Shown here: piece after piece, positions 56,183-64,000 of the stretch
Layout of the letters: each line of letters starts with the position of its first letter
Numbering within the stretch: position 1 is the first letter of the stretch
NCBI GenBank assembly: GCA_035764505.1
Contig: DASTZC010000281.1
Span: forward strand, 326 to 64,325
Source of the DNA: Candidatus Polarisedimenticolia bacterium
Lineage (GTDB): Bacteria > Acidobacteriota > Polarisedimenticolia > Gp22-AA2 > AA152
Direction of reading: 5' to 3'
Length of the DNA stretch: 64,000 nt
The notes under the pieces: model-generated
What the model was told of the DNA's origin: nothing
What the model saw: only the letters and a program-made list of their open reading frames with translations
The model's database searches: none
Program-made: the position numbers and the translations under genes

Positions 56183-57673
56183 ATGTTCAAGGCTCTCGTG
56201 ACCAACCCACCCTGGCCAGGGGACGGCTACGGCGCCCGGTCCTCCGTGCGCTGGCCGCACAAACGCAAGGACAAGAAGCTCGAATTCCCCATTTTCCTCG
56301 CCTACACCGTCGCGCTCCTGAAAGAGAAGGGGGTGGAGACCGTCTTCCTGGACGGCGTCTGCGACGAGCTGGACATCGAGCGCTACGCCGCCGAGGTGGC
56401 GCGCATCGCGCCCGACTTCATCGCCATGGAGTGCTCGACTCCCTCCATCGATCACGACCTCCAGTCGATCCGACGAATCAAGGAGCTGCGGCCGCAGACC
56501 TTCGTGGCGCTGATGGGCTCGCACGCGACCTACTATCACCAGGAGCTGCTGCGGGAGCACCCGGAGATCGGCGCCATCATCCGCGGCGAGTTCGAGGTCA
56601 CGGTGCGCGAGGTGGCCCTGGCGCTCCGCGCCGGCTCGAATCTGGAGAAAGTCGCCGGAGTGACCTGGCGCGGCGAAGGCGGCATCCGCGTCAATCCGGA
56701 TCGCCCCTTCGAGGGTGATCTCGACCGCTGGCCCTATCCCGATCGCGAATCGATCCTGATGGAGAAGTACCAGACGGCGCAGTACCAGGGGAAAAAGGGG
56801 ACCTTCATGCTCTCCAGCCGCGGCTGCCCCTATCGCTGCACCTTCTGCCTGTGGCCGGGGACGATGGTGGGGCGCGACTTCCGTGCCCGCGACCCGGAGT
56901 CGGTGGTCGACGAGATGGAGTACCTCGTGCGCCAGCACGGCGTCGACGACATCTACTTCGACGACGACACCATGACCATCGATCGGGAGCGGCTCCTGCG
57001 GATCTGCCGGCTGATCCAGGAGCGCGACCTGAAAGTCCACTGGATCTCCATGGGGCGCGTCGACACGGTGGACGATGAGCTGCTCAGTGAGATGCGCAAG
57101 GCCGGGTGCGACAACCTGTACCTCGGGGTCGAGTCGGGATCGCAGGAGATCCTCAATCGCCTGAAGAAAGGGATCACGCTCGATCAGGTCGTGAAGGCCT
57201 TCCAGGCGGCGCGGCGCGCCGGCATCAAGACCCAGGCCTTCTTCATGCTGGGCGGACCGGGAGAGACGAAGGAGACCTTGAAGGAGACCATCGACTTCGC
57301 CGTGAAGCTGGATCCCGACAACGCTCAGTTCGCCGCCGCGGTGCCCTATCCCGGCACCGAGATGTACGAAGAGTCGCTGCGCAAGGGCTATCTGCGGGCC
57401 ACCAGCTGGGAGGACTACGCCGCCAAGGACATCGTCCTGGAGACCGAGACCCTGTCGCGCCTGGACCTCGAGAAGGCCCGGCTCGAAGCCTACCGGCGCT
57501 TCTACCTGCGCCCTCGCTTCATCATGCGCACGGCGTCACGGCTGACCAGCACGCGCGAGTTCCGGCGCGTCTGGCGGGGCACCGTCTCCATCGTGAGTCG
57601 GCTGCTCTACTTCTCCAAGAACGTCCGCCGCAAGACGCGCTCCACGACGCGCGGCGCCCTGGAATCGGCGTGA
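56183..57673 (+). CDS. B12-binding domain radical SAM protein (class B), paralog of 47337..48818
   Basis: The same architecture, with SSRGCPYRCTFC, is present. The two share VRWPH/DRWPH and other blocks. Confidence 0.8.
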   Translation: MFKALVTNPPWPGDGYGARSSVRWPHKRKDKKLEFPIFLAYTVALLKEKGVETVFLDGVCDELDIERYAAEVARIAPDFIAMECSTPSIDHDLQSIRRIKELRPQTFVALMGSHATYYHQELLREHPEIGAIIRGEFEVTVREVALALRAGSNLEKVAGVTWRGEGGIRVNPDRPFEGDLDRWPYPDRESILMEKYQTAQYQGKKGTFMLSSRGCPYRCTFCLWPGTMVGRDFRARDPESVVDEMEYLVRQHGVDDIYFDDDTMTIDRERLLRICRLIQERDLKVHWISMGRVDTVDDELLSEMRKAGCDNLYLGVESGSQEILNRLKKGITLDQVVKAFQAARRAGIKTQAFFMLGGPGETKETLKETIDFAVKLDPDNAQFAAAVPYPGTEMYEESLRKGYLRATSWEDYAAKDIVLETETLSRLDLEKARLEAYRRFYLRPRFIMRTASRLTSTREFRRVWRGTVSIVSRLLYFSKNVRRKTRSTTRGALESA

Positions 57674-57674
57674 G

Positions 57675-58826
57675 ATGACCGTTTGCTACTGGGGGACCTA
57701 CGACCGCGATTATCCGCGCAACCGCATTCTCATCCAGGGGCTGCGCGCCAACCAGGTCGTGGTCCGCGAGATGCACGCGCCGCTGTGGGGATCCACCGCC
57801 GAAAAGGTGCGGCGCGCGCGCGGCCGTTGGCTGGGCCCCGGCCTGGTATTGCGGGCGGCCTGGGCCTACCTGCGCCTCGGCGCCCGGTTCCTTGCATCAC
57901 CCCGCCCTGATTTCCTGTTCGTCGGCTATTCGGGGCATTTCGACGTCTTTCCCGCCTGGGTCCTCAGCCGCGTCCGCCGGGTCCCCCTGGTCTTCGACGC
58001 GTTCCTGTCGCTGTACGACTCTCTGGTCCTCGACCGCGGCGCGCTGGCGCCGCGCGGTCTCAAGGCGCGGGCCCTCGCTTGGGTGGACCGCTGGTCCTGC
58101 CGCCTGGCGGACCGGGTCCTCCTCGACACCAGCGCGCATCGTGAGTTCTTCTGCCGGCAGTTCGGCGTGCCTCCGGAAAAATTCTGGATTCTGCCGATCG
58201 GGGCCGACGACACCGTGTTCACCCCCGCCGCGGAACCTCCCGGCAACGGACATCAACCGCCGACGGTGCTGCACTTCGGGCGCTACATTCCGCTGCACGG
58301 TATGGAAACGGTGGTGCGGGCCGCGGCGCTGCTGGAGGAATCCGGCGAGCCCTGCCGGTTTCTGCTGGTGGGAGACGGAGAGGAGCGGCCGCGCATCGAG
58401 GCTCTGGCGCACGAGCTCGGGCTGCGCAGCGTGGAGTTCGTCGGGAGCCAGTCCCCGGAGATGCTGGCCGAGACGGTACGGCGCTCGGATCTCTGCCTCG
58501 GAATCTTCGGCACCACCGGGAAAGCCGCCCGCGTCGTGCCCAACAAGGTTTACGAGGCGATGGCTTCCGGCAAGCCGATCCTGACCGCCGATTCGCCGGC
58601 GGCGCGCGAGATGCTCACCGACGGGGTCGACTGCCTGCTGTGCGAGAGCGGCAATCCGCAGAGCCTTGCAGACGCCATCCGGCGGGCCCGCTCCGACCTC
58701 GAGCTGGCGAATCGACTGGGGAGCAATGCGCGGCGCCGCTTCGAGCTGTGCGCCGCTCCCGCCGTGATCGGACAGACCCTGGCGCGAAACCTGCAGGTCC
58801 TGGGAGGGGCGCATGCCGCTTCTTGA
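57675..58826 (+). CDS. GT4 (GT-B) glycosyltransferase
   Basis: EAMASGKPIL in the C-terminal Glycos_transf_1 domain. Confidence 0.7.
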   Translation: MTVCYWGTYDRDYPRNRILIQGLRANQVVVREMHAPLWGSTAEKVRRARGRWLGPGLVLRAAWAYLRLGARFLASPRPDFLFVGYSGHFDVFPAWVLSRVRRVPLVFDAFLSLYDSLVLDRGALAPRGLKARALAWVDRWSCRLADRVLLDTSAHREFFCRQFGVPPEKFWILPIGADDTVFTPAAEPPGNGHQPPTVLHFGRYIPLHGMETVVRAAALLEESGEPCRFLLVGDGEERPRIEALAHELGLRSVEFVGSQSPEMLAETVRRSDLCLGIFGTTGKAARVVPNKVYEAMASGKPILTADSPAAREMLTDGVDCLLCESGNPQSLADAIRRARSDLELANRLGSNARRRFELCAAPAVIGQTLARNLQVLGGAHAAS

Positions 58827-60255
58827 TCCGGGGGCGGCGCGCGAGAAGCGCTGGGTCGTGGGGCTCCTGATACTGGCCCTGATGCTGCGCCTCGGCTTCG
58901 TGTTGATGCAGCCGTCGGGATTCTATTTCTTCGATTCGGTGGAGTTCGATCGGGCCGCCCGCACGCTGCTGGATCTGGGCCGCTTCCACCACTCCTACGA
59001 GCACCTGCCCGGATATCCGATCTTCATGGCGGGAGTCTACGCGCTGTTCGGCCGCGAGGTGCTGCCGCTGCGGCTGGTGCAGGCGCTGCTTTCCACCGGC
59101 CTTTGCGCGCTGATCTGGCTGCTCGGCCGGCGGCTGTTCGGCCGCCGAGCGGGGCTGTTGGCGCTGGCCCTGTGCGTTTTCTTCCCGGTACAGATCGTCC
59201 TGCCCGGGATCGAGTACCCGCTGGTCGTGGGGAGCCTGGCGATATGGGGGGGGCTGACGCTGCAGGCGCTGCGCTCCGGGGAGCCGCGGCGCGACTTCAT
59301 CTGCCTGGCCGGCGCGGGCGTCCTGATCGGAGCAGCCTGCCTGACGTTCGAGGCCGGATGGGCCGCGGCCGTGTTCATGGGTTTCTGGCTGCTGATGGAA
59401 GGCGGTACCCTGAAGCGACGGGCCGGAGCCTCAGCGGTGTTCACGGCGGCGGTGCTGGTCACCGCGATTCCCTTCCTGGTGGGCATGGCCGAGTCGGACG
59501 ACTTCCGGCCGGTGCTCAAGCGGGCGGGGGTCCATCTGCCGGCCGCCCCCGACAGCGACGCGCCCCTTTCGCAGGGAAACGGCACGAACCTGGTGGAGGC
59601 CAAGCTCACGGCGATGGCCGAACGACCCGGGTTCACTTTGAAGCACATCGCTTCCGAGTTCGTGCGCTTCTGGAACCCCTATCCCGACCGGCTTTGGGCG
59701 GCGAGCGCCGGATTTCGCGAGAAAGCGCACCGCGAGGACGCGCGCATGCGCCTCCAGAATCCTCTCGTCACCAATCGGAAGAAGCTTCTCTATGCCGCGG
59801 GCTTCTCCGTCCTGCTCGCGGGAGCGGCGCTCGGCGCTTTCATGGCCCGCCGCAAGGTGGTCGGCTGGGGCTTCCTGGCAGGGTGGCCGGTTGCCCTGGG
59901 TTTGGCTTACGCTCCTTTCTTCACCCAGATGCGTTATCGCATTCCCGCCGATCCGGCTTTTTTCCTGCTGGCCGCCTATGCGGCGGATCAACTCTTGGAA
60001 GGAGAGCTCGTGAACGCCCTACGATCCCTGCCCGCCGCCCTCTGGGAAGGCTGGAAGCGGGTGGCCCTGAAAATCGCCCTGGTCCAGACGTTCCTCCTCC
60101 TGGCCCTGCTGTTCGGCCTGGTCCTGGGCCCCCTCTCCCTGTTGATGAAGCTGTTCCGCAAGGATCCCATGGAAGGGGTCGTGCAGGGGTCGTCCTTCTG
60201 GGTGGTCCGGGAGAAGACGAGCGAGGGCCTGCAAGAATGTCTCAGACAGTTCTGA
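58813..60255 (+). CDS. GT-C fold membrane glycosyltransferase (PMT_2/ArnT-like)
   Basis: FFDSVEFDRAA in the first loop is followed by HLPGYPIFMAGVYALFG, typical of PMT_2, with about 11 TM segments. Confidence 0.6.
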   Translation: MPLLDPGAAREKRWVVGLLILALMLRLGFVLMQPSGFYFFDSVEFDRAARTLLDLGRFHHSYEHLPGYPIFMAGVYALFGREVLPLRLVQALLSTGLCALIWLLGRRLFGRRAGLLALALCVFFPVQIVLPGIEYPLVVGSLAIWGGLTLQALRSGEPRRDFICLAGAGVLIGAACLTFEAGWAAAVFMGFWLLMEGGTLKRRAGASAVFTAAVLVTAIPFLVGMAESDDFRPVLKRAGVHLPAAPDSDAPLSQGNGTNLVEAKLTAMAERPGFTLKHIASEFVRFWNPYPDRLWAASAGFREKAHREDARMRLQNPLVTNRKKLLYAAGFSVLLAGAALGAFMARRKVVGWGFLAGWPVALGLAYAPFFTQMRYRIPADPAFFLLAAYAADQLLEGELVNALRSLPAALWEGWKRVALKIALVQTFLLLALLFGLVLGPLSLLMKLFRKDPMEGVVQGSSFWVVREKTSEGLQECLRQF

Positions 60256-60268
60256 TTGGATGGAGTGC

Positions 60269-62005
60269 ATGAACATACTCGGAATCTCCTGTTTCTACCA
60301 TGATTCGGCCGCCTGCCTGATCCAGGACGGGCGGGTGGTCGCAGCCGCTTCCGAGGAGCGGTTCACCCGTAAGAAGCACGACGAAGACTTTCCCAAGAAC
60401 GCGGTGGAGTACTGCCTGAAGGCGGGCGGTATCACGACGGCCGATCTGGATTACGTCGGCTTCTACGACAAGCCCTTCCTGAAGTTCGAGAGGCTGCTCT
60501 CCACCTATCTGTCGACCTTCCCGCGCGGCTTCCGCTCCTTCAGCAAGGCGATGCCGGTCTGGCTCAAGGAAAAGCTCTGGATCCCGCAGATGATCCGGAA
60601 GGAGCTGAACTACAAGGGAAAAATCCTGTTCACCGAGCACCACATGTCGCACGCCGCCAGCGCCTTCCTGGTCTCGCCTTTCAAGGAGGCGGCCATCCTC
60701 ACGGTGGACGGGGTCGGCGAGTGGGCCACCGCCAGCTACGGCGTGGGGCGCGACCGCAAGATCGAGCTGTTCAAGGAGATTCGCTTCCCGCATTCCCTCG
60801 GGCTGCTGTACAGCGCCTTCACCTACTACCTCGGCTTCAAGGTCAACAGCGCCGAGTACAAAGTGATGGGGCTGGCACCTTACGGCGAGCCGAAATATGT
60901 CGACCTGATCCGCAAGCTGATCGCCGTCAAGGACGACGGCAGCTTCGAGATGGACATGCGCTACTTCTCCTATCACTACGGCCTGCGCATGGTGAACGGC
61001 AGCTTCGCGAAGCTGTTCGGGGCGCCGCCGCGCGAGGCCGAATCGAAGCTCGAGCAGCACCACAAGGACCTGGCCGCCTCGGTCCAGAAAGTGACCGAGG
61101 AGATCATGCTCAAGATGGCCGATTACCTGCACCGCGAGACCGGCATGGAGAACCTCTGTCTGGCGGGCGGCGTGGCCCTGAACTGCGTGGCCAACGGCCG
61201 GGTCCTGCGCGAAGGCCCCTTCAAGGACCTGTTCATCCAGCCCGCCGCCGGGGATGCCGGTGGTGCGCTCGGGGTGGCGGCCTACATCTATCACAGCGTC
61301 CTGGACCAGCCGCGCACAGAGAGCATGAGCCACGCCTATCTGGGCCCGGAATTCTCGGACGACGAGGTCCAGGCGATCCTCGAAAAGTACAGGGCGCCGG
61401 CCGAGAAGCTGGATCGCGACACCTTGGTGAAGCGGGTGGCGGCGCTGATCGAAGGGCAGACGGTCATCGGCTGGTTCCAGGGCAAGATGGAATTCGGACC
61501 GCGGGCCCTGGGCGGACGGAGCATCCTCGCCGACGCCCGCAATCCCGAGAACAAGGACGTGGTCAATCTCAAGATCAAGTTCCGCGAGAGCTTCCGCCCC
61601 TTCGCGCCGACGGTGCTGGAAGAGCGCATCTCCGAATATTTCGAAATCGATCGTCCCAGCCCCTACATGCTTCTGGTGGCGCCTGTGCGGGAGGAGAAGC
61701 GCATCATCCCGTCGGTGACCCACGTGGACCATTCGGCGCGCATCCAGAGCATCAACCGGGAGCAGAACGCCCTGTACTACGATCTGATCAAGGAGTTCGA
61801 TCGCCGGACCGGCGTCCCGGTGATCATCAACACCTCCTTCAACGTCCGGGGGGAGCCCATTGTCTGCACGCCGGATGATGCGTACCGCTGTTTCATGCGC
61901 ACGCACATGGACTATCTGGTGATGGGGCCTTACGTTCTCGACAAGAAGGCCCAGCCTGCCTTCCAGGAGGAAGGGGACTGGCGGCAGGAATTCCAACTCG
62001 ACTAG
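60269..62005 (+). CDS. Carbamoyltransferase (NodU/CmcH family)
   Basis: MNILGISCFYHDSAACLI..G.VVAAASEERFTRKKHD plus the YrdC/Kae1-like C-terminal half. The ATG at 60260 is an alternative start. Confidence 0.85.
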   Translation: MNILGISCFYHDSAACLIQDGRVVAAASEERFTRKKHDEDFPKNAVEYCLKAGGITTADLDYVGFYDKPFLKFERLLSTYLSTFPRGFRSFSKAMPVWLKEKLWIPQMIRKELNYKGKILFTEHHMSHAASAFLVSPFKEAAILTVDGVGEWATASYGVGRDRKIELFKEIRFPHSLGLLYSAFTYYLGFKVNSAEYKVMGLAPYGEPKYVDLIRKLIAVKDDGSFEMDMRYFSYHYGLRMVNGSFAKLFGAPPREAESKLEQHHKDLAASVQKVTEEIMLKMADYLHRETGMENLCLAGGVALNCVANGRVLREGPFKDLFIQPAAGDAGGALGVAAYIYHSVLDQPRTESMSHAYLGPEFSDDEVQAILEKYRAPAEKLDRDTLVKRVAALIEGQTVIGWFQGKMEFGPRALGGRSILADARNPENKDVVNLKIKFRESFRPFAPTVLEERISEYFEIDRPSPYMLLVAPVREEKRIIPSVTHVDHSARIQSINREQNALYYDLIKEFDRRTGVPVIINTSFNVRGEPIVCTPDDAYRCFMRTHMDYLVMGPYVLDKKAQPAFQEEGDWRQEFQLD

Positions 62006-62018
62006 GGGGAAGGGCAGG

Positions 62019-62198
62019 ATGAGCATCAAGGAATCGGTGAAGGACAAGGTCCAATTCGGCAGGGAATTCTGGGAATTCCTGCGGGTCAGGAAGAAGTGGT
62101 GGCTGGCGCCGATCATCATTCTGAGCGCGCTGTTGGGAATTCTGATCGTGCTGACCCACGGCTCCGCCCTGGCTCCGTTTATCTATACCATTTTCTGA
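62019..62198 (+). CDS. DUF5989-like small membrane protein (59 aa), absent from the ORF track
   Basis: Manual translation gives MSIKESVKDKVQFGREFWEFLRVRKKWWLAPIIILSALLGILIVLTHGSALAPFIYTIF. It lies immediately downstream of the carbamoyltransferase, as is commonly seen for this family. Confidence 0.55.
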   Translation: MSIKESVKDKVQFGREFWEFLRVRKKWWLAPIIILSALLGILIVLTHGSALAPFIYTIF

Positions 62199-62394
62199 GT
62201 TTTTCCCGGCAACACGACGGTGACCACGATGATCCGACAAGCACCCTGGGGAGCGCCGCCGCGGCCGCTTCCTTGCCATCAAGCCAAGAATCGCTTTCAA
62301 CATCGCCCCCAATCGCGGGGCGTGTGCGCCACTTCGGACCGGAGCCGGCACGTAACCAGCGCGTGCGGCGGGGGCGGGCGGCGCTGAGCCGGCG

Positions 62395-63579
62395 ATGACC
62401 CGAACCCCGATCCGGGTGCTGGCGATCGTCAACAGTCTCGGGTTCGGCGGCACGGAGAGGATGCTGGAGCGCCTGGCCGTGGAGCTGCAGGCCTCCGGGC
62501 GCGTGGCGATGACCGTCGCCAGCCTCGAAGACGTCGGCGCCATCGGCGCGCGCCTGCAGGCCCGCGGCATCGAGGTGCTCGCCTTCGGCGGGCGCGGCTC
62601 CACGCTGCGCATCGTGGGAGGAGGCTTTCTCACGTTGCGCCGGCTGATGCGCCGGCGCCGCTTCGACCTGATCCACAGCTTCCTGTATCGCTCGCACTGT
62701 GCCGCGCGGCTCACCCGCCTCTTCACCCTCCGCCGGGTACCCCTGATCTCCTCGGAGCGCTGCCTCGGGGACAACCGTTCCCCGGCGGCGCTCTGGATCA
62801 ACCGTGTCTCCAGTCCCCTCAGCACTCGCATCCTGGCCGTGTCCGAAGCGGTCGCGGAGCGCCTCGAGAGCCGGGATCGCGTGCCACGCAGCCGCATCGC
62901 CGTCGTGCGCAACGGCATCGAAGCCGTGGAGCCCTCGCCGCGCTGGGGTGCGCGGCTTCGTTGCCGCCTCGGAATCGCCCCCGAGGAAGCGGTGCTGCTC
63001 CTCTTGGGGCGCCTGCATGCGGAAAAGGGGCCCGATCTCCTCCTCGAGGCGCTGGCGTTGATGGACGCCGGTCCCTGTCCGCCCTGGCGTGCCCTGCTGG
63101 TCGGAGATGGACCGGAGGCTGCCGCGCTGAAGGATCTGGCCCGCCGGCGGGGGCTGCAGGAGCGGGTTTTCTTTGCCGGGTCGCGCGGCTTCGTGGCTCC
63201 CTGGATAGAAGCCTGCGATCTCCTGGTGCTTCCTTCGCGCGAAGAGGGGCTGCCGGTGGCGCCGCTGGAAGCGATGGCGCGCGGCAAACCGGTCGTGGCG
63301 TCCCGGGTCGGCGGAAGCGGCGAAGTGGTGGTGGATGGCGTGACCGGCAGGCTGGTCCCGCCTGAAGATCCCGCGGCCCTGGCGGTCGCCTTGAGCGGGC
63401 TGATCAGCAGTTCCGATCTGCGCCGCCGGCTCGGGTCGCAGGCCCTCGAGCGTGTCCGTAGCGAATTCTCGATTCAGCGCATGGCCCGCGATACCCTGAA
63501 TCTTTACGACGAGCTGCTCTTGTCGAACCGAGGCAGTCGCCTCGATTCCAAGCCGCAGGAGCCCTTATGGCAGCCGTGA
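62395..63579 (+). CDS. GT4 (GT-B) glycosyltransferase
   Basis: Glycos_transf_1 motif E..G.PV.EAMARGKPVV. Confidence 0.75.
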   Translation: MTRTPIRVLAIVNSLGFGGTERMLERLAVELQASGRVAMTVASLEDVGAIGARLQARGIEVLAFGGRGSTLRIVGGGFLTLRRLMRRRRFDLIHSFLYRSHCAARLTRLFTLRRVPLISSERCLGDNRSPAALWINRVSSPLSTRILAVSEAVAERLESRDRVPRSRIAVVRNGIEAVEPSPRWGARLRCRLGIAPEEAVLLLLGRLHAEKGPDLLLEALALMDAGPCPPWRALLVGDGPEAAALKDLARRRGLQERVFFAGSRGFVAPWIEACDLLVLPSREEGLPVAPLEAMARGKPVVASRVGGSGEVVVDGVTGRLVPPEDPAALAVALSGLISSSDLRRRLGSQALERVRSEFSIQRMARDTLNLYDELLLSNRGSRLDSKPQEPLWQP

Positions 63580-64000
63580 CGACCTCTTCGGGCCGCTGGA
63601 AGCTCCCTTTCACCCCCGCCGCGGCGTCCACCGCCAAGTCGGCGCGCTCCTGGAGTTTTCCCCGCTGGCTCACCGTGCCGTTCTGGATCGTGACCTCGGC
63701 GCTGACTCTGGCGTGGGTGATCCTGATGCTGCCTCCGGCCGGGGCCGCATTCCTGGCCATCGTCGGGGCGGGCGTGACGATCTGGGTCCTGGTCCCCATG
63801 ATCAGCCTGTACGCCATCGTGGTGCTCTCGCCCTTCGAGATGGCCTACGAGGTCGGCGGACTCAACGGCGTGCGGGCGTTGGATGCCGTGATTCTCACGC
63901 TCGTCGTGGTGACCACCGGCTCCATCCTCGCCCGGGCGCGCGGCGGGGCGCGCTTCCTGAGCCCCTTGACCCGGGTCTTCATGGCGCTCTGGGCTTTTCT
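63567..64000 (+). CDS. Wzy-type O-antigen polymerase/ligase-like membrane protein (3'-partial)
   Basis: A polytopic hydrophobic N-terminus starts with an ATG overlapping the previous stop. It runs off the window. Confidence 0.4.
   Translation, partial: MAAVTTSSGRWKLPFTPAAASTAKSARSWSFPRWLTVPFWIVTSALTLAWVILMLPPAGAAFLAIVGAGVTIWVLVPMISLYAIVVLSPFEMAYEVGGLNGVRALDAVILTLVVVTTGSILARARGGARFLSPLTRVFMALWAF

Noticed and set aside
60242-63287. ORFs 60242..62119 (-, 625 aa) and 61893..63287 (-, 464 aa).
   Set aside because: They are antisense to the carbamoyltransferase, which has a strong family signature, and to the GT4 gene.
1-64000. CRISPR arrays, IS elements, tRNA or rRNA genes.
   Set aside because: No regularly spaced direct repeats, terminal inverted repeats with transposase ORFs, or cloverleaf-compatible segments were recognised. 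The low-GC islands at 17.8-18.1 kb and 26.4-27.1 kb are better explained as promoter/leader regions.

Overview
This is a high-GC (about 70%) bacterial chromosomal window.

Positions 1-26.4 kb are mostly core genes. They include a miaA-hfq pair joined by a TTGA start/stop overlap, pgsA, nadB, lepB and a LOG-family gene. There is a minus-strand Ser/Thr-kinase operon carrying two DUF4388 (PATAN-like) proteins. There is a complete System I cytochrome c maturation operon (ccmE-F-H-x-A-B-C-D) whose CcmE has the variant CxxxY heme-binding motif. A greA-HEAT lipoprotein-xdhC operon is preceded by a sigma70-like promoter plus an intrinsic terminator, which marks a leader or sRNA candidate. The region also holds a divergent GT2/UbiA (DPPR-synthase-like) pair, a DUF362 gene, an EamA transporter and recG.

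From 27.1 kb to at least 64 kb, one uninterrupted plus-strand array of about 30 genes encodes a Wzx/Wzy-type glycan assembly line. At least 17 of its junctions are 4-nt start/stop overlaps (ATGA, GTGA or TTGA). It encodes Wza, an outer-membrane protein, a NusG-paralog antiterminator with an Xis-like HTH partner, Wzx and a BY-kinase Wzc. It has seven GT2 enzymes, three GT4 enzymes and five GT-C fold membrane transferases, together with a polyprenyl-phosphate sugar synthase. It also has a fused sugar-1-P nucleotidyltransferase::phosphoglycosyl transferase, a deacetylase, a methyltransferase, a carbamoyltransferase with an unannotated DUF5989-like 59-aa partner, an epimerase with a Cys4 insertion, and a partial Wzy. 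Three radical SAM enzymes sit inside the array: one SPASM type and two paralogous B12-binding types. These radical SAM enzymes are the most unusual element of the locus.

No tRNA or rRNA genes, CRISPR arrays, or clear mobile elements were recognised by eye.
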